DNA of 64,000 nucleotides from Thermodesulfobacteriota bacterium (GTDB taxonomy: Bacteria > Desulfobacterota_D > UBA1144 > Nemesobacterales > Nemesobacteraceae), in assembly GCA_965197885.1 (NCBI GenBank), contig OZ240231.1, positions 1,839,366-1,903,365 on the forward strand, given 5' to 3'. Below are positions 50,832 to 60,143 of this stretch, piece by piece (the stretch's first letter is position 1; the number at the start of each line of letters is the position of its first letter). Both the position numbers and the translations under genes were made by a program. A model generated the notes under the pieces. That model saw only the letters and a program-made list of their open reading frames with translations, was not told the origin of the DNA and did no database searches.

Positions 50832-51407
50832 GTGAACGACGCGTCTTCGGTTTCAGGGGTTTTCTGGCATAGTTCCCCGGTCGTGGTTATAACCAGCAGG
50901 CGGGAGGATGATATAAACGGCCAGGTGGCCGTAACGCTTGTTACCTCCTCCATAGTCCATACCGTCCCGAGACTCCTTATCGGGATATGGAAGGGGAACC
51001 ACACTCACGGATTCATAATGAAAAGCAGGAATCTCGTGGTTCACCTTCTGAAAAAAGATCAGATAGCCCTTGTGCGAAACTTCGGCTTTTATTCGGGCAG
51101 GGAAAGGCAGAAGTTCCCCGGCATAGACCACTTCGAGGGTAAAAACAGGTGCCCTGTCCTAAGGGATGTCCATTCCTATGTTGAGTGTTCGGTGCTAAAC
51201 GCCATGGACGGCGGAGATATGACAGCTTTTCTGGTGAGCGCCGACTACGGGGAGATAGTAAGGGGAGGGGAGTGGATGACGCTTGGGGACTTCTACGCCC
51301 TGGCTCCCGAGCAGTGGGTTATTGAGTACGGACAGAAGCTGATGGAGTCTGTTAGTTTCTCCATGCCGATAATCCATAAAATAAGCCACGAGCCGTTTCA
51401 GCCGTAA
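50832..51407 (+). CDS. Flavin reductase family protein (FMN-binding split barrel)
   Basis: Flavin reductase-like domain pattern with the VVVITS N-terminal strand. Confidence 0.6.
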   Translation: MNDASSVSGVFWHSSPVVVITSRREDDINGQVAVTLVTSSIVHTVPRLLIGIWKGNHTHGFIMKSRNLVVHLLKKDQIALVRNFGFYSGRERQKFPGIDHFEGKNRCPVLRDVHSYVECSVLNAMDGGDMTAFLVSADYGEIVRGGEWMTLGDFYALAPEQWVIEYGQKLMESVSFSMPIIHKISHEPFQP

Positions 51408-51426
51408 AAGGCGGCCGTTTTTTCCT

Positions 51427-51825
51427 TCAGCGGATTATTATGGTCGCGGAGCCGGAGTTTCTCTCCGCATATTTCCTGAGCCTGTTTTGAAGTTCTTTTT
51501 TGAACCAGTTTCTGGTTAAGGGAATAAGAAGGGAGAACCCCAGAAGGTCCGTAAGCAGTCCCGGAGTTAAAAGCACCACCCCTCCCACGAGTATAAGAAG
51601 GCCGTTTAGAAGGCTTTCCGTAGGCGCTCTGCCCTGGGCGAGTTCCGCTCTTATAGCGCCGACGGTACGCATGCCCTGGTTTCTGGCGAGCGCCGCTCCC
51701 AGCACTCCCGTCGCTATGACTATGGATATAGTCGGCCAGAGCCCTATTAGGTTTCCGAGCTTTATGAGCAGCGCCAGCTCAATGAGCGGAACCACGGTGA
51801 ACAGAATTAAAAGTCTTACAAACAT
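51427..51825 (-). CDS. fxsA: FxsA family membrane protein
   Basis: 132 aa with a PLIELALLI-type N-terminus and FxsA topology. Confidence 0.7.
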   Translation of the reverse strand: MFVRLLILFTVVPLIELALLIKLGNLIGLWPTISIVIATGVLGAALARNQGMRTVGAIRAELAQGRAPTESLLNGLLILVGGVVLLTPGLLTDLLGFSLLIPLTRNWFKKELQNRLRKYAERNSGSATIIIR

Positions 51826-51893
51826 TTGAAGTTGTCAGAGATAATCCCAGCTATCTGTACGGTATAATAATATATCTGGGGGGAAATGCCGAA

Positions 51894-52640
51894 TTGTTGA
51901 TGGGAAAGCTGCCTTCGCGAAGAAAAATTCTCATATCTTTTCTGCTTGTTTTATGTCTGGGGGCGGGGGGATGCCGGCTTTTCAGGTTCCTTGAGGTAAA
52001 GGGCCAGCTTGGGAATTTCAGCGAAAATTTCAGTGTGAGCGACCACGACGGTCTACGCCTCTCTTTCAAAAACCCGGCGCTGCTCGCAGAAGACATTGCA
52101 TGGCTTATGGTCTACTCGCCACCCGTAAAAACCCGTGTTTCCAAGGACACGGAGCTTTGGGTCTATGACCTGGTGAAAAAATACCCGGGCAGAAAAACCG
52201 AAAGCGGGAATTTCGATCTGGCCATGGGGATGAAGCTTTGTCGCGGAAAACTCTGCGAGGTCGTCTTCCCCGACCGTCTCACAAAGTATATAAACAAAGA
52301 GGTTCTCGGCAAGATAATGGGTTCTGTGGGCGGCGCCGAAGTGAAAAAGCTTAAGAAAACCAGCACCGCGGCTGTAAAGTCTCTTGAAGACAAGGAAATC
52401 CCAAGCCTCTCCGAAGTGATTGAGATTCTCGGCCGTCCGTACGCAAGGCTAAAAGATGAAGGCGGCAGTGTTTTTGTCTACAAATACAGGCTGCGGGAAA
52501 AAACCCCGGAGGGAAAGTACATCATGTTCAGGCTTCTGCTGAGCTTTGACGAAAAAACAGCCAAGCTCAAAAGACTGGTGCTTCCGCTTAGAAGCGTGAG
52601 GCTTACGATGAATTTCGAGCCGGGCGTGGCGCGAAGATGA
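51894..52640 (+). CDS. Hypothetical lipoprotein
   Basis: Signal peptide with lipobox LGAGGC. Overlaps the ispE start by 4 nt. Confidence 0.4.
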   Translation: MLMGKLPSRRKILISFLLVLCLGAGGCRLFRFLEVKGQLGNFSENFSVSDHDGLRLSFKNPALLAEDIAWLMVYSPPVKTRVSKDTELWVYDLVKKYPGRKTESGNFDLAMGMKLCRGKLCEVVFPDRLTKYINKEVLGKIMGSVGGAEVKKLKKTSTAAVKSLEDKEIPSLSEVIEILGRPYARLKDEGGSVFVYKYRLREKTPEGKYIMFRLLLSFDEKTAKLKRLVLPLRSVRLTMNFEPGVARR

Positions 52641-53503
52641 GTTCTCTAAAGCTTCTCTCCCCGGCGAAAGTAAACCTGTTTCTCAGGATTCTCGGAAAGC
52701 GCCCAGACGGGTACCACGAGCTCCAGTCCTTAGTGCAGCCCGTAAGCCTTTTTGACGAAATAAGCCTTTCGGTCGAACCGGGAGAGGGGATCAGTCTTTC
52801 TCCTTCGGGAAGGGAGATGCCTTCTGGGAGGGACAATCTTGCCGTGGCCGCCTGCAACCTTTATCTTGAGGCGGCCGCGATGCGAAAAAAGGTCTTGATG
52901 GGAATAAAAAAGAATATCCCCCTGGGCGCGGGACTCGGCGGCGGAAGCTCAAACGCCGCGGCGGTTCTCGTGGGCCTTAACAAGGTCCTCAGGAAATTTA
53001 CCGATAGAGATCTGCTGCGGATGGCCGCATCTCTCGGAGCGGATGTCCCGTTCTTTATAAGATCCACCTCTTCGTTTGTCGAGGGGGTGGGGGAGAGGGT
53101 AGAGGTGATTTCGGATTTTCCGCTTTTTCACTACGTTATCCTCTTCCCCCGTAAGAGCCTCTCGACCCGGGAAGTCTATGGCAGGTGGAAGAGCCCCGAC
53201 CGTTCCCCCGAGAAAGTCAAAAGCGCTTCCCTGGTGGAGCAGTTCCACCGCGGCGATTTCCCCGTTGAAAACGGTCTTTCCGAGGCGGTTTTCGGGATTT
53301 TCCCCGATATTCTCTCCCTCAGGGAGATTTTCCGGTCGCTCGGAGCGCGGTTCGTGCTCGTCTCGGGAAGCGGGTCATCGGTTTTTTCCGTTTTCCGCAA
53401 ACAGGGGGAAGCCGAGGAAATCTATGAATACCTGAGAACCTCTTCCGAATTTGATGTTTTTCTGGCCCGGGGAATAAAAGGCTGGCACTTTCTTGCGGAC
53501 TGA
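52637..53503 (+). CDS. ispE: 4-(cytidine 5-prime-diphospho)-2-C-methyl-D-erythritol kinase
   Basis: GHMP kinase motif PLGAGLGGGSSNAAA and N-terminal PAKVNLFL. Confidence 0.85.
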   Translation: MSSLKLLSPAKVNLFLRILGKRPDGYHELQSLVQPVSLFDEISLSVEPGEGISLSPSGREMPSGRDNLAVAACNLYLEAAAMRKKVLMGIKKNIPLGAGLGGGSSNAAAVLVGLNKVLRKFTDRDLLRMAASLGADVPFFIRSTSSFVEGVGERVEVISDFPLFHYVILFPRKSLSTREVYGRWKSPDRSPEKVKSASLVEQFHRGDFPVENGLSEAVFGIFPDILSLREIFRSLGARFVLVSGSGSSVFSVFRKQGEAEEIYEYLRTSSEFDVFLARGIKGWHFLAD

Positions 53504-53627
53504 ACCGTTTTAAGTTGCGCCGCTTGGCCGCGGTCCCCATTTCCGCTTAACAAAAAAAAGGGATGACAGATAGTCCCAAAATCAGTAGTATAGAAGTGTC
53601 GTTGCATATAAAAAAGGAGGTCTCAAG

Positions 53628-54977
53628 ATGAGAGTGGCGTGTTTGGGAAAACTTGGAAATCACTTTTTGAACAATGGTAATTATGTAGCGCGGGTTGGAA
53701 AAAGAGTTGCCAAATCTCTTGACGTTTCGCGCGTTTTTATCGTGGCGGCTGGCCTCCTGCTCGGGTTTTTGCTTCTGGGCGGACCCGTGGAGGTGAGAAC
53801 ACAGCAGACCAACTCCGACGGCGATCTTAGGCTGGTGGACAAGACAGCAGGTACGGTAATTGACCTCACTACGGCTACGACGCCTTCGGGCAGACTTGAG
53901 ATATTTGATGATGAGGATGGCGACGGTACCGGGGAATGGAAGGGAATATGCGATGATGCTCTGGGAGTGCTGGGAACAGAAAAGGAAGGAAACGTTCGGG
54001 TGATCGGCAGGCAGGAGGCCGAGGTCGCGTGTCGCCAGTTGGGTTTCTCGGGAGGCACTCCGATAACTCAGTTGACGTTGCCGGATGATTCGGATTACCT
54101 GCTTGACAATCTTGAATGCGCGGGTTCGGAAGCAAAAATTCTAGGAGAGGGCAAATGCAGACATAACACGCGCGGAGAACATAATTGCGAAAGCGCGGAG
54201 GCTTTTGGCGTCACCTGTGCGGCCGCCACCACGAACAACGATGCCGTAGGCCGACTTGCGATCACGGGAACAACTCAGTTGCGCCAGACGCTTACCGCGG
54301 ATCACACCGGTATCACCGATGAGGACGGCAAGCCGACCGAGGCGACTTCTTTTAGCTATCAGTGGATCAGGGTTGATTTTTACTGGAACGAGACCGAGAT
54401 CTCGGGCGCAACGTCTTCCACCTATGTCCTTCAGGACGCCGATGAGGAAAACTGGATCAAGGTGAAGCTTACTTTCACGGACGATGAAGAGAACGAGGAG
54501 GAGGTTTTCAGTTTTGAAGAGGGATCTGTCTATACCGACAAGCCCGACGGTTCCCTTCGATTAAAGCCCCTTAGGCTTACTTATGATCTTGGTGGTGGTG
54601 TTAGTATCACCGTGGACTCGGATGAATTCACGGGCATGGTTGAAATATATGATGAGCCGAGCAAGAAATGGAAGGGGGTATGTGATGACGGGGCGGGTAA
54701 TGAGAATCTGGGATGGGGCACGGAAGAATCGGAGGTTGCATGTCGCCAGCTGGGTTTTGCGGGAGGCACCCCGCTAACCCAGATAAATGGGGCCACTTAT
54801 CCGCCGATCTATTTCCTGCTTGATGAAGTAGTGTGCGAGGGGACGGAGGATAAGCTGCTTGATTGTGAGCATGCGGAACGTGGAACCCACGACTGCACCT
54901 CCGCGGAATACGCAGGTGTTTTTTGCGACGATCCTGATGCTGAAGACGACAGCACCACGGACGACAGCGGCAGCTAG
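53628..54977 (+). CDS. Secreted protein with two scavenger-receptor cysteine-rich (SRCR)-like domains flanking an Ig-like domain
   Basis: Each SRCR unit has LRLV...GRLEIFD...W.G.CDD...EA.VACRQLGF.GGTP...LLD.(V/L)(E/V)C.G.E..L..C.H...G.H(N/D)C...E.AGV.C with six Cys. The middle domain is SFSYQWIRV...ISGATSSTYVLQ.ADE..WIKVKL.FTD. An AAGGAGG RBS lies upstream. Confidence 0.7.
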   Translation: MRVACLGKLGNHFLNNGNYVARVGKRVAKSLDVSRVFIVAAGLLLGFLLLGGPVEVRTQQTNSDGDLRLVDKTAGTVIDLTTATTPSGRLEIFDDEDGDGTGEWKGICDDALGVLGTEKEGNVRVIGRQEAEVACRQLGFSGGTPITQLTLPDDSDYLLDNLECAGSEAKILGEGKCRHNTRGEHNCESAEAFGVTCAAATTNNDAVGRLAITGTTQLRQTLTADHTGITDEDGKPTEATSFSYQWIRVDFYWNETEISGATSSTYVLQDADEENWIKVKLTFTDDEENEEEVFSFEEGSVYTDKPDGSLRLKPLRLTYDLGGGVSITVDSDEFTGMVEIYDEPSKKWKGVCDDGAGNENLGWGTEESEVACRQLGFAGGTPLTQINGATYPPIYFLLDEVVCEGTEDKLLDCEHAERGTHDCTSAEYAGVFCDDPDAEDDSTTDDSGS

Positions 54978-55070
54978 GCTCAGAAAATTTCCGAGGTGAA
55001 TTGAAGAACCATCCGCGCCTTGGGAGCAACCTGATTGTATCAAGCGGAAAATAAAAGGACTGAGAATATC

Positions 55071-56204
55071 ATGAAAACTGTAAAATTTCTGCTTCTTTTC
55101 TGTTGTATGTTGGGGCTTGCTTGTCATAACGGTTCTGACGAAGGCATAACCGTCGGTGAAGTTACAGACGATGTCACCACCTTGAGAGAATTCGTGGAAT
55201 ATGCGGCAGGGCGCCTGCAGGACTCGGCCAGTTTTGAAGAAGCGATGCAGCTCATAAACGAGTTCAGGGATGTTGGGGGGGACTGGAACGATGGTTCCAC
55301 GTACCTCGTTCTTCTTACCAAGGGTGGCGGTGTGTATATCCATGCAAAAAACAGAAAGCTTGAGGATCAGGACTGGTCTGGTCTTCAGGATGCAAGTGGC
55401 AAGAATGTGGGAGAAGAGTTTCTCAGGGAGGAAGGGGGTTTTGTAGGATATCATGGGGAGGACGGGGACCCGAAGGTGAGTTATGCGTTTCCGTTTGCCG
55501 CTACGTCTGTTCCGCTTACCAATCCATTTGCGCCTGAAGGACAGGAGCTTGTCCTGGTTGGCGGCTTTGATTATGAGCCCCCGGAGGTCAGTGAAAAAGC
55601 TTCCTATGAGCAGCTTTCCGACTCTTATAATCTACGCCAGTTCGAGCCGACTCTGCAAGCCAGATATGTGGATACTCGAGCGGAGCTAAAACAGTTCGTG
55701 GAAGAGGCGATCAGTTTTTTTACAGGAGCCTTGGCACGGGGTGTTTCTGGTCATTCGGTGGTGGGGGATGCTGCTGGCAATATTGACGTCGTGCTGTTAC
55801 GGAGAATCTTCAGGCTTGAAAATGGCCCTTGGCGATATGGTTCCACCTACATCTATATAATGGATGACCGGGGCAATGTTGTATTCAACGGGGCCAACAG
55901 AAGTATTGAGCAGACAAACTTGTGGGATTTTACTCCTCCTGACAGTGTCGATACGTTTATTCAGAGGATCATAGCCGCGGCGGAGATACCGGGCGGAGGT
56001 TTTGTCGACTACAACTGGGATGATCCAGAGGATCCGAAGGACGACCCGCCTGGTGGTGGTGCCGGAGGTTCTTCGCCCAAGCTTGGCTACGCGAAAGCCG
56101 TCCGGATCGATAAGGGCGATCCCATGTCCCCCGTCTATGTTTTTGGTTCCGGGCTCTACCATCCGGAGCGACTGGAGGAGCCGAAGGAAGAACCCGGAAG
56201 ATAA
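55071..56204 (+). CDS. Lipoprotein with two Cache-like (extracellular sensor-type) repeats and no transmembrane or signalling domain
   Basis: Lipobox LGLAC. Two repeats end in GGFVGYHGEDGDP and GGGFVDYNWDDPEDP, which resembles Cache G-x-G-(F/Y)-V-x-Y-x-W. Start trimmed to MKTVKF. Confidence 0.45.
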   Translation: MKTVKFLLLFCCMLGLACHNGSDEGITVGEVTDDVTTLREFVEYAAGRLQDSASFEEAMQLINEFRDVGGDWNDGSTYLVLLTKGGGVYIHAKNRKLEDQDWSGLQDASGKNVGEEFLREEGGFVGYHGEDGDPKVSYAFPFAATSVPLTNPFAPEGQELVLVGGFDYEPPEVSEKASYEQLSDSYNLRQFEPTLQARYVDTRAELKQFVEEAISFFTGALARGVSGHSVVGDAAGNIDVVLLRRIFRLENGPWRYGSTYIYIMDDRGNVVFNGANRSIEQTNLWDFTPPDSVDTFIQRIIAAAEIPGGGFVDYNWDDPEDPKDDPPGGGAGGSSPKLGYAKAVRIDKGDPMSPVYVFGSGLYHPERLEEPKEEPGR

Positions 56205-56524
56205 AAAGCAAATTAAGATTTAAAAATCATGCCGGGGCTGCAACACCGCCTGATTTATATGTGATCACTGCAGTATTGCTCCCAAACACCCACTGTTTTT
56301 CGCCGACACTGTCGGTTCCAGATTCTTCTTAGCCCATTTATGTTTCTTTTTAGTCATCCTTCTTTTGCTGTTGCGAAGTTTCCGTCAGACGGTCTGCTTT
56401 TGTGAAACTTGCCTTAGAAGCGGACTCCAAAAACTGGACGGTGTTTTAACTTGGCCTATGTCCGCGGTTCTGGCTTTTGCTTTAACAGTCGCGCGGATGT
56501 GGTAACATAAAACTTCTTCCCGAC

Positions 56525-56598
56525 TGGGGCGTCGTCTAACGGCAGGACACCGGGTTTTGGTCCCGGTAGTGGGGGTTCGAGTCCTCCCGCCCCAGCCA
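56525..56598 (+). tRNA. tRNA-Gln (anticodon TTG)
   Basis: Cloverleaf folded by hand. Acceptor stem TGGGGCG/CGCCCCA has the U1-A72 pair typical of bacterial tRNA-Gln. Anticodon loop is TTTTGGT and the T-loop is GTTCGAGTC. CCA is encoded. Confidence 0.8.
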
Positions 56599-56620
56599 AA
56601 GAAGACGGTTCAAAGCGCCC

Positions 56621-58747
56621 GTGCCAAAAAATTCTCTTAAAGGACTTAACTCTTCCCAGATCGAAGCCGTAAGCCATGGAGAAGGCCCTCTGCTTGTTCT
56701 AGCGGGTACAGGTACAGGAAAAACTAGGATAATAGCCCACCGGATCGCCTACCTGCTGAACGATCTTTCGATTTCTCCCAGAAACATCTTGGCCGTAACT
56801 TTTACCAACAAGGCGGCCGCGGAGATGAAAAAAAGAGCGGGGGAACTATCGGGCGAGCGGACAAGAGGCATCTGGCTCGGCACCTTTCACTCGATTTGTC
56901 TTCGGATTCTTAACATAGAGGCGGATTCTCTTGAGGGACACACTAGGGATTTTGTCGTCTACGACCAGAACGATCAGCTGAACTTGATAAAAAACTGCAT
57001 GAAGGAGCTTGACTATGGGGAAAGCCTTTTCTCGCCCAAGGGTGTGCTTTCCGAATTTGATGCTGTTGAGAACCGAGGAGACGTGTTTTTCAAAGATGAC
57101 TTTTACGGCCGCGCGCTGAGAGAGCTTTATGATTTCTGCAAAAATGAGCTCGTGAAACGAAACGCCATGACGTTTAATGACCTGCTACGCCTTGCGAACA
57201 AGCTTCTTTCGGAGAATGAAGAGGTTTGTTCCCGCTATCAGGACAGGTTCTCTCACGTGCTTGTCGATGAGTATCAGGATACAAATGTTGTTCAGTACCG
57301 CTTCGTAAAGACCCTCTCGCAGCGGCACCGAAACCTTTTCGTGCTAGGTGATGACAGCCAGTCGATTTACGGGTGGAGAGGGGCTGACATAAACAATATC
57401 CTTAACTTCGAGAGAGACTTTTCGGGGGCCAGGGTTGTTAAGCTTGAGCGCAATTATCGCTCGACGTCTACCATACTTGGCATTGCGAACTCGGTAATAG
57501 AGAAAAACCTGAGGAGAAAGAAAAAAAAACTCCGGACCGAAAACCCTGCGGGAGAGAGGGCGGTGGTATTCAGAGCCGGCGACGGCGCTGACGAAGCTCA
57601 GTTTGTTGCGGAGCGAATTTCACTTCTGGTCGAATCCGGGGATTTCACATGGGGCGACGTGGCGATTTTCTACAGGGCAAACTTTCAGTCGAGGGTGATT
57701 GAGGAAGGACTCGGGGCCGGGGGGATCCCCTACAGGATAGTGTCGGGAGTCGGCTTTTATCGGAGGGCCGAGATAAAGGACGTGGTCGCCTACCTTCGGC
57801 TGATTCAGAACCCGAGGGACGACGTTAGCTTTGAGAGGATAGTGAACGTTCCCCCGAGGAAAATAGGGAAAATCACGCTTCGAAAACTGCGCGAGGTTTC
57901 GGAAGCCGGCGGATTCACTCTTCTGGACGCTATTGAATACAGCCAGGAGGAAAACCTTCTGTCGGGACGCGCGCTCCTGGCGCTCTCACGGTTTCTTGAC
58001 ATCATAAAGGAGCTTAGCTCGGCGGCGCAAGACCAGCCGGTGGCAACCGTTATCAAGGCTCTTTTGGAGCGTACCGGTTACCTGGATTACATCGGAGAAG
58101 AGCACTACAGGGTGGAGAACGTTAAAGAGCTTTTAAATGCCGCTGAGGTCTTCGGGGAAATGACCCTATCTGATTTTCTCGACCTTGTGCTGCTCGCTAC
58201 AGACGAGGACAGAGCGGATCCCGGAGAGGGAAAAGTTTCCCTCATGACGATTCACGCGGCAAAGGGGCTTGAGTTTCCCGTGGTGTTCGTGGTCGGGATA
58301 AACGAGGGTCTGCTTCCCCACTATAGATCTGCTTCCACTCTTGAGGGGCTTGAGGAGGAGAGAAGACTTTTCTATGTTGCGGTCACCCGGGCCAAGCAGC
58401 TTCTCTACCTCAGTTACGCTTCCCAAAAAGCTGCTTCGGGTCGCATGCATAGCGCGCACAGATCAGTTTTTCTGGATGATCTCCCGTCGGAACACGTCGT
58501 CTACGAATCCCGCAAGGAAGAAATTTCCGGTCGGGGTTCTGACCTTTCTGCGGATTCGTCCTCAAAAACACCGCGCGAGTCCGGGGACGAAGGTCAAAGC
58601 TTAAGACCCGGCCAGAGGGTTACCCACCCGACTTTCGGTCCCGGGATCGTTAACCGGATTGATGGTAAAGGGAACGAGGCCGAGGTCACGGTTGATTTTT
58701 TTGGTTCCGGAGTGAAGAAGATCGTCGCGAGTTTTCTTACCTCCTAG
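56621..58747 (+). CDS. pcrA: ATP-dependent DNA helicase (UvrD/PcrA/Rep family)
   Basis: Walker A AGTGTGKT and helicase motifs I-VI. GTG start 23 nt after the tRNA. Confidence 0.9.
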   Translation: MPKNSLKGLNSSQIEAVSHGEGPLLVLAGTGTGKTRIIAHRIAYLLNDLSISPRNILAVTFTNKAAAEMKKRAGELSGERTRGIWLGTFHSICLRILNIEADSLEGHTRDFVVYDQNDQLNLIKNCMKELDYGESLFSPKGVLSEFDAVENRGDVFFKDDFYGRALRELYDFCKNELVKRNAMTFNDLLRLANKLLSENEEVCSRYQDRFSHVLVDEYQDTNVVQYRFVKTLSQRHRNLFVLGDDSQSIYGWRGADINNILNFERDFSGARVVKLERNYRSTSTILGIANSVIEKNLRRKKKKLRTENPAGERAVVFRAGDGADEAQFVAERISLLVESGDFTWGDVAIFYRANFQSRVIEEGLGAGGIPYRIVSGVGFYRRAEIKDVVAYLRLIQNPRDDVSFERIVNVPPRKIGKITLRKLREVSEAGGFTLLDAIEYSQEENLLSGRALLALSRFLDIIKELSSAAQDQPVATVIKALLERTGYLDYIGEEHYRVENVKELLNAAEVFGEMTLSDFLDLVLLATDEDRADPGEGKVSLMTIHAAKGLEFPVVFVVGINEGLLPHYRSASTLEGLEEERRLFYVAVTRAKQLLYLSYASQKAASGRMHSAHRSVFLDDLPSEHVVYESRKEEISGRGSDLSADSSSKTPRESGDEGQSLRPGQRVTHPTFGPGIVNRIDGKGNEAEVTVDFFGSGVKKIVASFLTS

Positions 58748-58754
58748 CGGCGGA

Positions 58755-58782
58755 GGCCCTTATAAAGGGGTTTTCCGCCCTA
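58755..58782 (+). terminator. Weak terminator-like hairpin after the helicase gene
   Basis: ggaggCCCTtataaAGGGgttttcc. Confidence 0.3.
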
Positions 58783-58897
58783 GAACGGATAATTCGCTTT
58801 TCTGCACTGTGCCGTTTAAGTCGCCTGCGGTTCTGCATAATATTTTTGACTCGACCGGTTGTTTCCAATATTCTTATATTAGTGCATTTTACTTGCG

Positions 58898-60100
58898 GTG
58901 GGGAAAATGACTAGATCTTTTAAAATTCTGCATATTTTCCTGGTTGCGGTGGCGCTTTTACTGCTGGGAGGGTCCACGCAGATAAGTGCGCAGGGTACCA
59001 ATGCTGACGGCGACCTTCGGTTAGTGGATACGACCGCCGGCACTGTGGTGGACACTACTGCCGCTACTGGGCTTTCGGGCAGGCTTGAGATATTCGATGA
59101 TGCGGACGGTGATGGCACCGGCACGTGGAAGGGAATATGCGATGATTTCATGGAACCGGTAAACGGGGTGATGAGGGGCACAGAAGAGGCACAGGTTGCG
59201 TGTCGGCAGCTTGGCCTTTCTGGGGGTACTCCGATGACCAGGCTTACCGTACCGGAGAGCACGTACTCCTCGGACTATTACCTGCTTGATGAGCTTGAGT
59301 GCACGGGTTCGGAGACCAGGATCCTCGGCCAGGATAAGTGCAGACACCGCCCGCGCGGGGAGAACAACTGCTTCAGCATTGAGGCTTTTGGCGTTACCTG
59401 TGTGGCTGCTACAACTTCCTCGAACAGCACTGCCACTGGCAGGCTCACAATCTCGGGCACGACAGAAACAGGGCAGACTATGACCTCAGACCGCTCCGGG
59501 GTGACTGACGAGGATGTTATGCCATCAGAGGAAAGTTCGTTTTCCTATCAGTGGATCAGGGTAGGTTATTACGACTACAGCGAGACTGAAATTTCCGAAG
59601 CGACGAGCTCGACATATGTTCTCCAGTCGGCGGATGAAGACCACTGGATCAAGGTAAAGCTTAGTTTTACCGACAAAGAGGAGAATTCGGAGGAGATCTC
59701 AAGCTTCCCGGAAGGTCCTGTTTATCCCGATGTTTCCGACGGCACCCTTCGTTTAAGCCCTACCAGCGATTCCTCGGATAATTACACGGGCATGCTTGAA
59801 ATATTCGATAACCAAAAGAAGCGATGGAAGGGAGTATGCGATGACGGCTGGGGCACGGAAGAGGCGCAGGTTGCATGCAGCCAGCTGGGATTCTCGGGTA
59901 ATACTCCGAAGACGGACATAATCAGGACGGGGTGGCCGCCGCTGCTTTTCCTGCTTGACGAAGTGGATTGTGACGGTACGGAAGAAACTCTGCTAGATTG
60001 CGACCATGCGGAACGCGGCGTGAACGACTGCGTTGCCTGGGAGTACGCGGGCGTCTCTTGCGAGGCTCCTTCTGAGCCGGAAGTCTCGCCCACGCAATAA
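58898..60100 (+). CDS. Secreted SRCR-Ig-like-SRCR protein, paralog of 53628..54977
   Basis: Canonical signal peptide (cleavage near ISA-QG) and the same three-domain order with conserved Cys spacing. Confidence 0.7.
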   Translation: MGKMTRSFKILHIFLVAVALLLLGGSTQISAQGTNADGDLRLVDTTAGTVVDTTAATGLSGRLEIFDDADGDGTGTWKGICDDFMEPVNGVMRGTEEAQVACRQLGLSGGTPMTRLTVPESTYSSDYYLLDELECTGSETRILGQDKCRHRPRGENNCFSIEAFGVTCVAATTSSNSTATGRLTISGTTETGQTMTSDRSGVTDEDVMPSEESSFSYQWIRVGYYDYSETEISEATSSTYVLQSADEDHWIKVKLSFTDKEENSEEISSFPEGPVYPDVSDGTLRLSPTSDSSDNYTGMLEIFDNQKKRWKGVCDDGWGTEEAQVACSQLGFSGNTPKTDIIRTGWPPLLFLLDEVDCDGTEETLLDCDHAERGVNDCVAWEYAGVSCEAPSEPEVSPTQ

Positions 60101-60143
60101 TAAGGGCCACTGGCAAGCCGGCCGCAGACGGGGGTTTTTTCAG

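Noticed and set aside
60101-60143. Possible bidirectional terminator between the convergent SRCR and selO genes (GC-rich segment, then gggggtttttt)
   Set aside because: I could not find a convincing complementary stem for the G-run, so it was left unannotated.
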